Assembly (NCBI RefSeq): GCF_049075655.1
Contig: NZ_CP157522.1
Location: forward strand, 992,001 to 1,056,000
From: Methanothermococcus sp. Ax23
Lineage (GTDB): Archaea; AGJL01; Methanococci; Methanococcales; Methanococcaceae
Direction: 5' to 3'
DNA: 64,000 nt
Numbering within the stretch: the stretch's first letter is position 1; every line of letters begins with the position of its first letter. Below are positions 1 to 9,937 of this stretch, piece by piece. The notes under the pieces are model-generated. The model saw only the letters and a program-made list of their open reading frames with translations, was not told the origin of the DNA and did no database searches. Both the position numbers and the translations under genes were made by a program.

Positions 1-2
1 CA

Positions 3-632
3 GTAATAAAATTAAACAATGAGAATTCAGATATTGATTTTGTAATATATGGAATGAAAAACCACAAAAAAGCAAGAAGTATTTTAAAAACTATTTTTGA
101 GGAAAATGAAAAATATAGGTTAAACCATATTCATCCATTATCTGATGAGTTTTGGAAGAAGGCATACAATAAAAGAATAAAAGATGGAACTCTTTCCTAT
201 GATGAATTTGTCTGGCATGAAAAAAGGAAATACAACAGAGGGGTGATAAATAACACAATGTTTGATTTACTTGCTACAAGAGATTGGAGTGAAATAAATT
301 CAAAATACGGGGATTATAGCTATAAAAATTTAGGGTTTATTAAAATTGAATGTGATATAGTCGATGATGATTATATCTTTGATAATCCTGCAATTTACAA
401 AATAGACAATGTTAAAATTGTTGATTTAGCTGAAAATAAATTGGAATTAAACTCTAAGGAGATTAAAGAAGTTGTCTCATTCACCCACACATACGCAGGA
501 CAGGCATTTAATGGTGAAAAGGTAATTGTCAGAGGAAAATTGGAAGGTGTGAGCTCCCCTCATGGTGGCTATAAAAGAATCGTTGTGGGCACTTCAAGAG
601 AGGCTTTTAATGAATATATTAAATTAATATAA
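3..632 (+). CDS. Predicted nucleotidyltransferase (COG1665-like), 5'-truncated by window edge
   Basis: Frame is open upstream of the listed ATG at 54 and reads ...NENSDIDFVIYG (NTase SDID motif); C-terminal SFTHTYAGQA..GE.V.VRGKLE region. Confidence 0.7.
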   Translation, partial: VIKLNNENSDIDFVIYGMKNHKKARSILKTIFEENEKYRLNHIHPLSDEFWKKAYNKRIKDGTLSYDEFVWHEKRKYNRGVINNTMFDLLATRDWSEINSKYGDYSYKNLGFIKIECDIVDDDYIFDNPAIYKIDNVKIVDLAENKLELNSKEIKEVVSFTHTYAGQAFNGEKVIVRGKLEGVSSPHGGYKRIVVGTSREAFNEYIKLI

Positions 633-642
633 GGTTGATATT

Positions 643-1700
643 TTGGAGCTCCTAAACTTAAACTCTCTGGGAAAATTGGAAAAGGCAGAATTCATAAAAA
701 GAGTAAATAGGTTTTTGGGTAAAATAGTAATAAATGGGCAGGAAAAAAGTTGCTATATTGCAGATACTGGTCGTCTTGAAGAAATACTAACAGAAGGTAG
801 GGAAATATTGGTGGTAAAGAATAGAGAAGGGCTAAAAACGGATTATACATTAATTACTGTAAAAATGGGGAATGAACTGGTTTTAGTAAATACATCCCTA
901 CACTCATCAATTGCATACAATGCCATAAAACAGGGTGTTCTTGGTTTCGTGCCAAAAACTATAAAAAAAGAGGTTAAATATAAAAATAGCCGTTTTGATT
1001 TTTTATTAGACAGTAAAACATTTGTGGAGTTAAAAGGCTGCAATCTTCTGACCTACTCCAACGAGTGAACTCGTTGGGTTCTCGCTTACGGTAGTAAGCG
1101 AGCAACGAAATCACGAAGTGATTTCGTCTAATTTTAGCAGGGTTTAACCCTACATGGGTGGCCAAGCCCACTACCCCTATCCCCGTTTAGGAGATTCAGG
1201 GCTACGCTGTATCACTAAGATTACTCTATCAAAACAAACCACGATACCAACCACTACCAGCGGTAGAGTTTTCACTAACCCTACCCATTAGAACTTGGAC
1301 TGGTAGCGTTACTTACTATTAATCTTCTCATATTTATATTTTACTACTTACTAGCCGATATAATGTCCGCCTCTCATCCAACGATTAAAATCGTTGGCTT
1401 TCTCGGCGGTTTATCGTAAAGGGCGGCATTTGCCTTTTCCCAAATGCTCCAACAGTTAGGGGAACAAAACACTTAAAAGAGTTAATTTTAGCTAAAAAAG
1501 AAGGTTATAATTCTATAATACTGATTATGGCAGTTAGGGACTGCAAATATTTTCTCCCAAATTCAAAAATGGATAAAGAATTTGCAGACACATTCTACCG
1601 AGCTCTGAAAAATGGAGTGGAATTTAAAGCTTTTAAAATTAGGATAGATGAAAATGGTAAAAAGGTATATCTATCATCTAACTTAAATCTCAAAGTATAA
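643..1700 (+). pseudogene. sfsA: Sugar fermentation stimulation protein SfsA, interrupted by a 368-bp IS200/IS605-type element
   Basis: RVNRF, DTGRL, SRFDFLL, VELKGCNL (643-1047) join in frame to VKGGICLFPNAPTVRGTKHLKEL...TAA (1416-1700) once 1048-1415 is removed. Confidence 0.92.
1048..1415 (-). mobile_element. Non-autonomous IS200/IS605-family element (family A, copy 1)
   Basis: Near-identical to 59230-59603; subterminal hairpins CCAACGAG..CTCGTTGG and CCAACGATT..AATCGTTGG; no TSD; abuts TTTAC on minus strand; right end ...GGTCAG. Confidence 0.88.
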
Positions 1701-1721
1701 AATTATCAATAATATCTGTGA

Positions 1722-2594
1722 TTATTGCAATAGCTCTTTAATCATGTTTATATATTCTTTTTTATCGGGAACAACCATTAATTCCTTTGAAGGAAGTTTT
1801 ATAGATGCCCTAAATCCATGTTTTCTTGCTAAATCCGTGATTTTTTTATTGTATGTATATAAATCATCTAAAAGTTCCTCAGTTATTGTTGTATCGTAGT
1901 CGCAATACTGTAATGGGCAACCTTCCCTCCAATATCCGAATTTATCGCCAACTTCGTGGATTCTTTTTATCTCTATTCCATAATAATTTTTGAGCTTAAT
2001 AACATCGTCATAACCGCATCTTATAAGAGGTCTAAAAAACATTTTATTATATCTTTTTGGAACTGGGGTGAGCTCCATTTTATCAAATTTTTCCATGCCA
2101 TATTTTTCCCTTAAATACTGAAATATTGGTCCAGAAATCTTTTCAAGTGCTGTATCCCCCGTTAGTATGATTTCCGCACCTTCATTCTCTGCTATTTCCA
2201 TCATTTTATCCTTCATTATGTTCTTGCAGATTCGGCAGATGCTCCCTCCTTTTGCACCTTTTGTTCGTTTTTTCAAGTCTTCGGTTATATCATAGAACAG
2301 TATGGGAATATTTAATTCATCGGCTATTTTTTGAGCCTGTTCCTTAGCTAAATTCCAGCTCCATTTATGGATAAAATGAACACACAAACAAACATTTAAA
2401 TTTAAATCCTTTGCTAATGCAAGGGCTGTTGAGCTGTCCTTTCCACCACTAAGCATGGAAACTATTTTTTTATCTTTAAGTTGGTTCTCTTCAAAATTCT
2501 TTATTATATCTCTTTTTAACTGATTCAAATCTTTTAAATTTCTTTTTTGAGCTGTCCAGTCTGTAAATAAGACATTGTTTTCCATAGTATCCAC
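1722..2594 (-). CDS. PP-loop (adenine nucleotide alpha-hydrolase) family protein with Cys motifs
   Basis: SGGKDS motif, CRIC and GCPL Cys motifs. Confidence 0.75.
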   Translation of the reverse strand: MDTMENNVLFTDWTAQKRNLKDLNQLKRDIIKNFEENQLKDKKIVSMLSGGKDSSTALALAKDLNLNVCLCVHFIHKWSWNLAKEQAQKIADELNIPILFYDITEDLKKRTKGAKGGSICRICKNIMKDKMMEIAENEGAEIILTGDTALEKISGPIFQYLREKYGMEKFDKMELTPVPKRYNKMFFRPLIRCGYDDVIKLKNYYGIEIKRIHEVGDKFGYWREGCPLQYCDYDTTITEELLDDLYTYNKKITDLARKHGFRASIKLPSKELMVVPDKKEYINMIKELLQ

Positions 2595-2641
2595 AATTTT
2601 ATGAATATTTTTTATTCATATTATTTTATTATTCTATAATT

Positions 2642-3370
2642 TTATTCTTCATCTATAATTCTTTCAAAACCATTATATACTACAAACCTGTTCTTTCGGG
2701 CAAAACCTATCAATATTATATTATTATTTTTTGCGAGCTCTACACCTTTATCTGTTGATGGAGATTTTGATACTATTGCAGGTATTTTGGCATTAACTGC
2801 CTTTTTTACCATGGCATAAGGCTGTCTTCCGCTTGAAACCAATATTTTATCATCCAAATTTATATTATTTAAAACTCCATAACCTATTACTTTATCTGCC
2901 GCATTATGCCTTCCAATGTCTTCAATAGTGATTATTTCATTACCTTTTAAATCAAATAGGCATGCCCAGTGAGTTCCGCCTGTTATTTTCCATATTCCTG
3001 TGATATTTGACATATATTCCATTATTTTAAAAATGGTTTTTAAGGGTATTTTTAATTTTATATCATTATAGCTTTTATCGTTATTGTTATTATTTGATTT
3101 ATTATTTGATTTATCGCTATCTGATTCATCAGTTATTACAATTATTCTATCGTTATTGATATGAACATCCTTAATATCCTCTGGTTCTAAATAACCCTCT
3201 GAAATAACATAACCTGCCCCGAGCTCCTTTAAATCCTTAGGTGATGCTGTCATTTTTTCTATAAATTTATCGTTAATATATAAATCATAATTTTCTTCAA
3301 TACACACATAGTCCTCTTTATGACTTGAAGAGAGCTCATCCCAGTTTAAAGTTTTTATCTTTTTCATCAT
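2642..3370 (-). CDS. fdhD: Formate dehydrogenase accessory sulfurtransferase FdhD
   Basis: TGGTH, EDIGRHNA.DK, SGR motifs; start moved to MMKKIK (3370) to remove overlap with upstream gene. Confidence 0.9.
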   Translation of the reverse strand: MMKKIKTLNWDELSSSHKEDYVCIEENYDLYINDKFIEKMTASPKDLKELGAGYVISEGYLEPEDIKDVHINNDRIIVITDESDSDKSNNKSNNNNNDKSYNDIKLKIPLKTIFKIMEYMSNITGIWKITGGTHWACLFDLKGNEIITIEDIGRHNAADKVIGYGVLNNINLDDKILVSSGRQPYAMVKKAVNAKIPAIVSKSPSTDKGVELAKNNNIILIGFARKNRFVVYNGFERIIDEE

Positions 3371-3377
3371 AGTATCA

Positions 3378-3773
3378 TTACTCCATAATTTTAACATAAA
3401 ATGTTCTGTTTCTTGGTCCGTCGAATTCACAGAAATAAATGCCCTGCCAAGTTCCAAGTAATGGTTTTCCATGTGATATTATTACAGTTAATGAGCTCCC
3501 AAATAGCGAGCTCTTAATATGGGCATCTGAGTTGCCTTCCAAATGTGAAAAATTATAGTTTTTTGGTATTTTTTCCTTTAAAAACTTCAAAATGTCTTTT
3601 TTAACAGATGGGTCGGCATTTTCGTTGATTGTTAAGCCTGCTGTTGTGTGCGGAACATATATTACAGCAATTCCATCGCTGATTTTTGAGTTTTTTATGG
3701 ATTCTTTTATATAATTTGTAATATCAATCATTTCTTCCCTTGAATTTGTTTTTATTTGGTGTTTAAACAACAT
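3378..3773 (-). CDS. YjbQ/UPF0047 family protein
   Basis: PHTTAG.TINEN.DP, H.EGNSDAHIK, LGTWQGIYFCEFDGPR. Confidence 0.92.
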   Translation of the reverse strand: MLFKHQIKTNSREEMIDITNYIKESIKNSKISDGIAVIYVPHTTAGLTINENADPSVKKDILKFLKEKIPKNYNFSHLEGNSDAHIKSSLFGSSLTVIISHGKPLLGTWQGIYFCEFDGPRNRTFYVKIME

Positions 3774-3943
3774 ATCACATCACCCTGCGGTAGTTGAATT
3801 AATTATGATGATGAAGTGATTAAGTAATTTCATCTAATTATTTCTTCAATTAATGATAAATATATAATATATAAAGGATATACTATATAAGTTAGATAAA
3901 TCACAATCACAATTATAAAATTATCTTAAAATTGAGGGAGATT

Positions 3944-5851
3944 ATGAACAGCACAGGCGAGAATTTAAGTTTGAATCTAAATTTACAAAACAAAAAAATT
4001 ACCGTTGATACCTGCGTAGTCATCGATGGAAGAATATCGGAGCTCATAAAAAAGGATGCAATAAAGAACAGCAAAATAATCATTCCAGAGGCTGTTGTAT
4101 CAGAGTTGGAAGCTCAGGCAAATAAAGGTAGAGAAATAGGATATTTAGGTATAGAGGAATTAACAAGATTGGTGGATATTGCAAAGGAACATAATATCGA
4201 AATAGAATATTATGGAGAGAGGCCATCAGTTGATATTGTTTCACTTGCAAAAGCTGGTGAAATAGATGCCATGATTAGAAAAGTGGCAAAGGAGACAAAC
4301 TCACTATTGCTCACAAGTGATAGGATACAGCATAATCTTGCAAGAGCTCAGGGTATAGAGTCCTACTATTTGGAGGTTGAAGAGGAAAAAGTGGAACTAT
4401 CTTTGATGGATTACTTTGATGATATTACTTCGTCAATCCATTTAAAAGAAAACTGCATCCCTTACGCAAAAAAGGGAAAACCTGGGGAAGTTAAACTTGT
4501 TCCAATTGGCGATGAAAAATTAACAAGAGAAAAGATGGAATATTTAATTGATAATATATTGAAATATACTGAACAAAACAATGGTCTTATTGAAATTCAG
4601 AAGAGAGGAGCCACAGTAATTCAACTTGCAAACCTGAGAATATCAATAGCAAGACCTCCATTTTCAGAAGGGCTTGAAATTACCGCAGTTAGGCCAATTA
4701 CCAAGGTTTCTCTTGATGATTATAAATTGTCCGATAAGCTTTTAGAGAGATTGAAGGAAAAAGCAGAGGGGATTTTTGTTTCTGGAAGTCCGGGAAGTGG
4801 AAAATCAACATTTGTATCAGCATTGGCAGAATTTTACTGTAATAACAATAAGATAGTAAAGACGATGGAAAGCCCAAGAGACCTTCAAGTTGGAAAAATG
4901 ATTACCCAGTATGCACCACTTGAAGGAAATATGGAAAACACCTGTGATATTCTACTACTTGTTAGACCAGATTATACCATATATGATGAGGTAAGAAAAA
5001 CAAGAGACTTTGAAATATTTGCCGATATGAGGATGGCAGGTGTTGGAATGGTTGGGGTGGTTCATGCCTCAAAACCAATCGATGCCATCCAGCGTCTTAT
5101 TGGCAGGGTGGAGCTCGGTGTGATACCTCAGATAGTAGATACTGTAATTTATATAGAAAGTGGGCAGATAAAAAAGGTTTATGAAGTGCATTTCACTGTT
5201 AAAGTTCCACACGGTATGAAGGAGGCAGATTTGGCAAGACCTGTAATTGAAGTAAGGGATTTTGAAACAAAAGAGCCAGAATATGAAATATATACCTATG
5301 GTGAGCAGGTAGTGGTCATGCCTATAAAAGAAGAGGAGGGGGAAAAATCCAAACCTCCAATTCACAAATATGCAGAAGAAAAAATAAAAGAAATTTTAAA
5401 AGAACACCTGCCAAGAAAGGTAAGAAAAGAAATGCGGGTGAAAGTTAAGAATGATAATACCATAGATTTAATAGTTCCGGAAAAATATGTTCCCGCAATT
5501 ATTGGAAAAGGTGGAAAGGAGATAACAAAACTGGAAAATATACTGGGCCTTAGAATAAATGTTGAAAGAAAAAGCGTGGAAATGGATTTTGAAGAAGAAT
5601 CTTTTGAAAAATATGAATTTGTAAGTGATTACGAAACCACAAAATTGACTGAAACAAAAAACCATGTTATAGTAGATGTTGGAGAAGAATTCATGGGAGC
5701 AAATGTCAAAATATATGTTGATGGAGATTACTTATGTAATGCCACAGTAGGTTCAAGCGGAATTGTCAAAATAACTAAAAAAACAGGTATAGGAAAGGAG
5801 CTCCTAAATGCTATGAAGAAAAATAAAGATATATATGTAGAAATTGATTAA
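3944..5851 (+). CDS. PINA-type PIN domain/VirB11-like ATPase with KH domain
   Basis: N-terminal PIN (VDTC..IDG), Walker [19 protein letters not shown]-terminal KH IIGKGG. Confidence 0.88.
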   Translation: MNSTGENLSLNLNLQNKKITVDTCVVIDGRISELIKKDAIKNSKIIIPEAVVSELEAQANKGREIGYLGIEELTRLVDIAKEHNIEIEYYGERPSVDIVSLAKAGEIDAMIRKVAKETNSLLLTSDRIQHNLARAQGIESYYLEVEEEKVELSLMDYFDDITSSIHLKENCIPYAKKGKPGEVKLVPIGDEKLTREKMEYLIDNILKYTEQNNGLIEIQKRGATVIQLANLRISIARPPFSEGLEITAVRPITKVSLDDYKLSDKLLERLKEKAEGIFVSGSPGSGKSTFVSALAEFYCNNNKIVKTMESPRDLQVGKMITQYAPLEGNMENTCDILLLVRPDYTIYDEVRKTRDFEIFADMRMAGVGMVGVVHASKPIDAIQRLIGRVELGVIPQIVDTVIYIESGQIKKVYEVHFTVKVPHGMKEADLARPVIEVRDFETKEPEYEIYTYGEQVVVMPIKEEEGEKSKPPIHKYAEEKIKEILKEHLPRKVRKEMRVKVKNDNTIDLIVPEKYVPAIIGKGGKEITKLENILGLRINVERKSVEMDFEEESFEKYEFVSDYETTKLTETKNHVIVDVGEEFMGANVKIYVDGDYLCNATVGSSGIVKITKKTGIGKELLNAMKKNKDIYVEID

Positions 5852-5858
5852 TAAAAAA

Positions 5859-6626
5859 TTAATTATTTGAACCTTCAATTACTCCTTCTTTTAATTCCTT
5901 AGCTTTTTCTTCAAGTTTTTTCACAGTTTCCTCAGAATCGCCATATTCTTCAATTATTTTTACATAGGCACTTCCAACTACAACACCGTCTGCACCGTTT
6001 TTTATAAATTCTTTTGCATGCTCTTTTTTTGATATTCCAAATCCAACATAAACTGGTTTTTTACATAAATTCTTTGTTCTATTAAGGAAATCTAGGGCAA
6101 GATTTGAAACATCATCCCGAGCTCCTGTTGTTCCATATACAGATACAAGATAAACAAACATAGAGCTCGCCTCATCAATCTTCTTCAATCTGTCCTCTGA
6201 GGTATTTGGTGCCGCAAGGAATACCGTTCCAATATCGTATTTTTTACAAACATCTAAATATTCCTCAGCATCTTCAACAGGCAAATCTACAACAATAAGT
6301 CCATTTCCGCCAACTTCTTTAAGTGTTTTAACAAAATTCTCCACACCTTTTGTAAATACCGGGTTGTAGTATGTCATTACAACAACGGGGGTGTCGGAAG
6401 TTTTCCTAAACTCTTTTATTATATCAAAAACCTTTGAAACTTTCATACCATTGTTTAATGCCCTTACATCTGCTTTTTGGATTGTTTCTCCATCTGCCAT
6501 AGGGTCGCTGAATGGAATTCCCAATTCGATTATGTCCGAGTATTTAGAAAGTGCGTTCATAAATTTCAATGTAGCGTCAGGAGATGGGTCTCCTGCAACA
6601 ATAAAGCTCACAAGTTTTTTTTCCAT
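5859..6626 (-). CDS. trpA: Tryptophan synthase alpha chain
   Basis: [32 protein letters not shown]. Confidence 0.97.
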   Translation of the reverse strand: MEKKLVSFIVAGDPSPDATLKFMNALSKYSDIIELGIPFSDPMADGETIQKADVRALNNGMKVSKVFDIIKEFRKTSDTPVVVMTYYNPVFTKGVENFVKTLKEVGGNGLIVVDLPVEDAEEYLDVCKKYDIGTVFLAAPNTSEDRLKKIDEASSMFVYLVSVYGTTGARDDVSNLALDFLNRTKNLCKKPVYVGFGISKKEHAKEFIKNGADGVVVGSAYVKIIEEYGDSEETVKKLEEKAKELKEGVIEGSNN

Positions 6627-6667
6627 AAAAACACCTCTTTTTGCATTTTTTAAATATGATGTCGTAA

Positions 6668-7423
6668 TTAATAGGATTTAATGGATATGTCATATTTTGC
6701 ATTAACACTAATGGACTTTAAAATATCTTCTGTTCGTTTTCTTATTGAATCCATATTTATTTTCTTTTTGAGAACTCCAAGGGTTCTTTTTGGAATTAAA
6801 ATTACATTACATCTGTAATGATATATTCCATTTTCATACTCCACTTCAACATTTAATGCATAATCGTGAATCATATCCTGCTCTTTTAGTATGTCAAATA
6901 AATTACATGATAGCTCATCAATGGCAGTTTTTTCCATGGTTCTGAGCTCCAATTTATCAGGTTCAAATGTTTTGCTTATAAGATTATCAATATATTCATC
7001 ATCAGGTAATTTGATGCCAAGTTTTTTTAGGAGCTCATCTCTTTCAGGGTTTCCACCACATCCTTCATCCTCACCTTTGAGATTTTTGGAAGATTTATTC
7101 CCTTCCCCAAATCCGTAGTCAATAACTGGGTAGACAAATATTTTTCCATCCCCGTAATTTCCCGTTTTTGCACTATTGGTTATTGTAGATATTATGTCTT
7201 CCAAATGTTCCTCATCAGTTATTAGCTCCATTTTTGTTTTTGTTTTTTGAACATCCATTACAAATGTATGTCCCCTATATTCCCTAACAACTTTTTCGCC
7301 AACTTCACGCCTTCTGCCTTTAACATCTGAAATAAGAATATCGTCCTTATGTCCAAATTTTGCAAGTGCGGCGATTACATCGGCTGTTTTCTCTGGTCGC
7401 AATACTGCTTCCACCAAATACAC
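6668..7423 (-). CDS. Divergent PII (GlnB/GlnK-like) domain fused to a ~140-aa C-terminal domain
   Basis: [13 protein letters not shown]-loop, [13 protein letters not shown]-loop; start reassigned to GTG at 7423 after GGTGAT RBS. Confidence 0.8.
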   Translation of the reverse strand: MYLVEAVLRPEKTADVIAALAKFGHKDDILISDVKGRRREVGEKVVREYRGHTFVMDVQKTKTKMELITDEEHLEDIISTITNSAKTGNYGDGKIFVYPVIDYGFGEGNKSSKNLKGEDEGCGGNPERDELLKKLGIKLPDDEYIDNLISKTFEPDKLELRTMEKTAIDELSCNLFDILKEQDMIHDYALNVEVEYENGIYHYRCNVILIPKRTLGVLKKKINMDSIRKRTEDILKSISVNAKYDISIKSY

Positions 7424-7473
7424 AATATCACCTAATGTAATCAATATACACACTATTATATCTCAATCAAATC

Positions 7474-8643
7474 TTAGAATTTAATATATTTCATAACAGT
7501 TCCTAAATCTTTATCTCCCCTTCCTGAGAGATTTACTATTATAATTTCATCTTTATCCATTTCCTTTGCCATTTTCATACCCTGAGCTACTGCATGAGAT
7601 GATTCAAGAGCAGGTATGATTCCCTCTGTTCTGGACAATTCTAAGAACGCATTTAATGCCTCTTCATCTGTAATTCCTGCATACTGCACCCTTCCTATGT
7701 CCTTCAAATATGCATGCTCAGGACCTACACCGGGGTAATCCAGTCCAGCGGATACGCTGTATGTTTCTTTTATCTGCCCGTCTTCATCCTGTAAGAAGTA
7801 TGAGAACATACCATGTAATATTCCCTTTCTACCTTTCAACAACGAAGCCGCATGTCTTTCTGTATCAAGACCTTCACCAGCAGCCTCAACACCAACAAGT
7901 TGAACTTCTTTGTCATTTTTGAATTCATTGAATATACCTATTGAATTACTACCTCCACCTACGCAGGCAACAATACAGTCAGGAAGTCGCCCTTCTGCTT
8001 CCAATATCTGCTGTTTTGCCTCTCTACCTATTACTGACTGGAAATCCCTAACCATTGAAGGATATGGGTATGGACCAACAACAGAACCTATTAAATAGTG
8101 GGTGTATTCGAATGTTTCCACCCAGTCCCTAAGTGCTTCGTTTATGGCATCCTTTAATGTTTTTGAACCAGATTCAACAGGATGAACTTCTGCACCGTGC
8201 AGTTTCATCTTATAAACATTTAACTTCTGCCTTTCTACATCTATTGCTCCCATGTAGATTTTTGCCTTCATATTGAACAATGCCCCAACCATTGCAGTGG
8301 ATAAACCATGCTCTCCTGCACCAGTTTCAGCAATAATTCTTGTTTTACCCATTTTTTTAGCAAGGAGTGCCTGACCTAAACTGTTGTTTATTTTGTGAGC
8401 TCCGCCTAAAAGTAAATCTTCTCTCTTCAAATATATTTTTGCTCCACCCATCTTCTTTGTAAGGTTTTCAGCGAAGTATAATGGAGTCTCCCTACCTGCG
8501 TATTTTTTTAGGTAGTAGTCGAGCTCCTCCTTGAACTCAGGGTCATCTTTATATTCTTTATATGCTTTTTCGAGCTCCTTTAATGATGGCATAAGCACCT
8601 CAGGAACATATTGACCGCCGTATTCTCCAAATTTAAATTCCAT
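7474..8643 (-). CDS. trpB: Tryptophan synthase beta chain
   Basis: GAHKINN (PLP Lys), [25 protein letters not shown]. Confidence 0.97.
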   Translation of the reverse strand: MEFKFGEYGGQYVPEVLMPSLKELEKAYKEYKDDPEFKEELDYYLKKYAGRETPLYFAENLTKKMGGAKIYLKREDLLLGGAHKINNSLGQALLAKKMGKTRIIAETGAGEHGLSTAMVGALFNMKAKIYMGAIDVERQKLNVYKMKLHGAEVHPVESGSKTLKDAINEALRDWVETFEYTHYLIGSVVGPYPYPSMVRDFQSVIGREAKQQILEAEGRLPDCIVACVGGGSNSIGIFNEFKNDKEVQLVGVEAAGEGLDTERHAASLLKGRKGILHGMFSYFLQDEDGQIKETYSVSAGLDYPGVGPEHAYLKDIGRVQYAGITDEEALNAFLELSRTEGIIPALESSHAVAQGMKMAKEMDKDEIIIVNLSGRGDKDLGTVMKYIKF

Positions 8644-8679
8644 TTTATCACCTAATTTTTTATTATTTGTTAAATTTTG

Positions 8680-9309
8680 TTATACATTTGCCTCATTTAA
8701 ATTTTTAACAAATGATTTTATTAATAATTCATCTTTTTTATTATTCTTTTCAACACCGCTGGATAAATCGACACCATAAGGTTGCACATACTCAACAATT
8801 TCCTTAACATTCTCAGGATTAAGACCTCCTGCAAGAATTATGTTAAAGTTTTTTGCGATTATTTTGCTTACTCTTAAATCGTGTGTAATTCCGCAACCTT
8901 TTCCAGTATCGAGAAGTATATTACAAACATCAGTATATTTTTTTATTTCATTTATTAGATTTTCAGCATCTCTTTCTGGATTTGAACTTAATGAAGGAAC
9001 TTTAAACGCTTTTATTATATTAATGTTATAATTATTTTTCAATTTAACAATCTCATCAACATCCATCTTTGAGTGGATTTGTATATATTTAGTTCCAGTT
9101 TTTTCTATTATCTCCGCCCAGTCGTCATAAGTATTTACTGTGGATACAGCATAAACAGGAATATTTGCAATTTCCATTAATTCTTTTGCTTTTTCAAGTG
9201 GTATTTGTCTTTTGGACTCGCTTTTAACAATAACTCCTGTGGCATTAGCATATCTTTCAACTATTTTTAATTCTTCTTCTGATTTGATGCCGCATATTTT
9301 GATAAACAT
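8680..9309 (-). CDS. trpF: Phosphoribosylanthranilate isomerase
   Basis: KICGI, LAGGLNPENV, GVDLSSGVE. Confidence 0.95.
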   Translation of the reverse strand: MFIKICGIKSEEELKIVERYANATGVIVKSESKRQIPLEKAKELMEIANIPVYAVSTVNTYDDWAEIIEKTGTKYIQIHSKMDVDEIVKLKNNYNINIIKAFKVPSLSSNPERDAENLINEIKKYTDVCNILLDTGKGCGITHDLRVSKIIAKNFNIILAGGLNPENVKEIVEYVQPYGVDLSSGVEKNNKKDELLIKSFVKNLNEANV

Positions 9310-9319
9310 AATGTTCCCT

Positions 9320-9907
9320 CTATTTATAGCTCAATACCCTATCTACAAAGTTTTTTATTATTTTTAATCCCTCTTTATTTTCCCATTCAGTCAATACGCT
9401 TTCAGGGTGGAATTGAACCCCTTCAATAGGTTTTGTTTTATGCCTAATGCCCATAATTATTTCTTCATCCGTATCAATGGTAGTTGCTGTAATTTCAAAA
9501 TCCTCAGGAACTTCAAGGACTGCAAGAGAATGGTATCTTCCAACCTCCAACGGATTTTTAACATTTTTAAATATGGTTTTTCCGTCGTGTTTTATTATAC
9601 TAGACTTTCCATGAACTGGGGGTATTCTATCAACCTTTCCGCCAAATATATGGGCTATAATTTGATGACCAAGACAAACTCCCAATATTGGAACATCCAT
9701 ATTCATTATAATTTCTGGACAGTTTTCAATATCTCTTTTTTTGTCCGGAGCTCCGGGACCTGGTGATATAATAATCCCATCTGGATTTATTTTTTTAACC
9801 TCTTCAAGAGTTATAGTGTTTGGAACAACCTTTATTTTATCATATATGGAAGCATATTCTGCCAAATTCCATACAAACGAATCCTTATTGTCTATTATTA
9901 AAATCAT
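9320..9907 (-). CDS. trpG: Anthranilate synthase component II
   Basis: IDNKDSF, SPGPG, GVCLGHQ, QFHPES. Confidence 0.95.
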   Translation of the reverse strand: MILIIDNKDSFVWNLAEYASIYDKIKVVPNTITLEEVKKINPDGIIISPGPGAPDKKRDIENCPEIIMNMDVPILGVCLGHQIIAHIFGGKVDRIPPVHGKSSIIKHDGKTIFKNVKNPLEVGRYHSLAVLEVPEDFEITATTIDTDEEIIMGIRHKTKPIEGVQFHPESVLTEWENKEGLKIIKNFVDRVLSYK

Positions 9908-9937
9908 AATTTCACCTTTGTTGGGAAATTACCTGGA

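Noticed and set aside
974-1171. 65-aa ORF, with a similar 62-aa ORF at 59213-59401
   Set aside because: Both are reading frames through the right end of the repeated non-coding element; the similarity reflects the DNA repeat
1207-1248. Variable segment in family A copy 1 sharing TATCAAAACA with the flank of copy 2, as a possible captured guide
   Set aside because: Only a 10-bp AT-rich match, plausible by chance
3371-3472. N-terminal extension of FdhD
   Set aside because: Overlaps the yjbQ-family gene; not part of the FdhD domain
3795-3855. ATGATGA-containing imperfect palindrome as a box C/D sRNA
   Set aside because: No properly placed CTGA D box; very AT-rich
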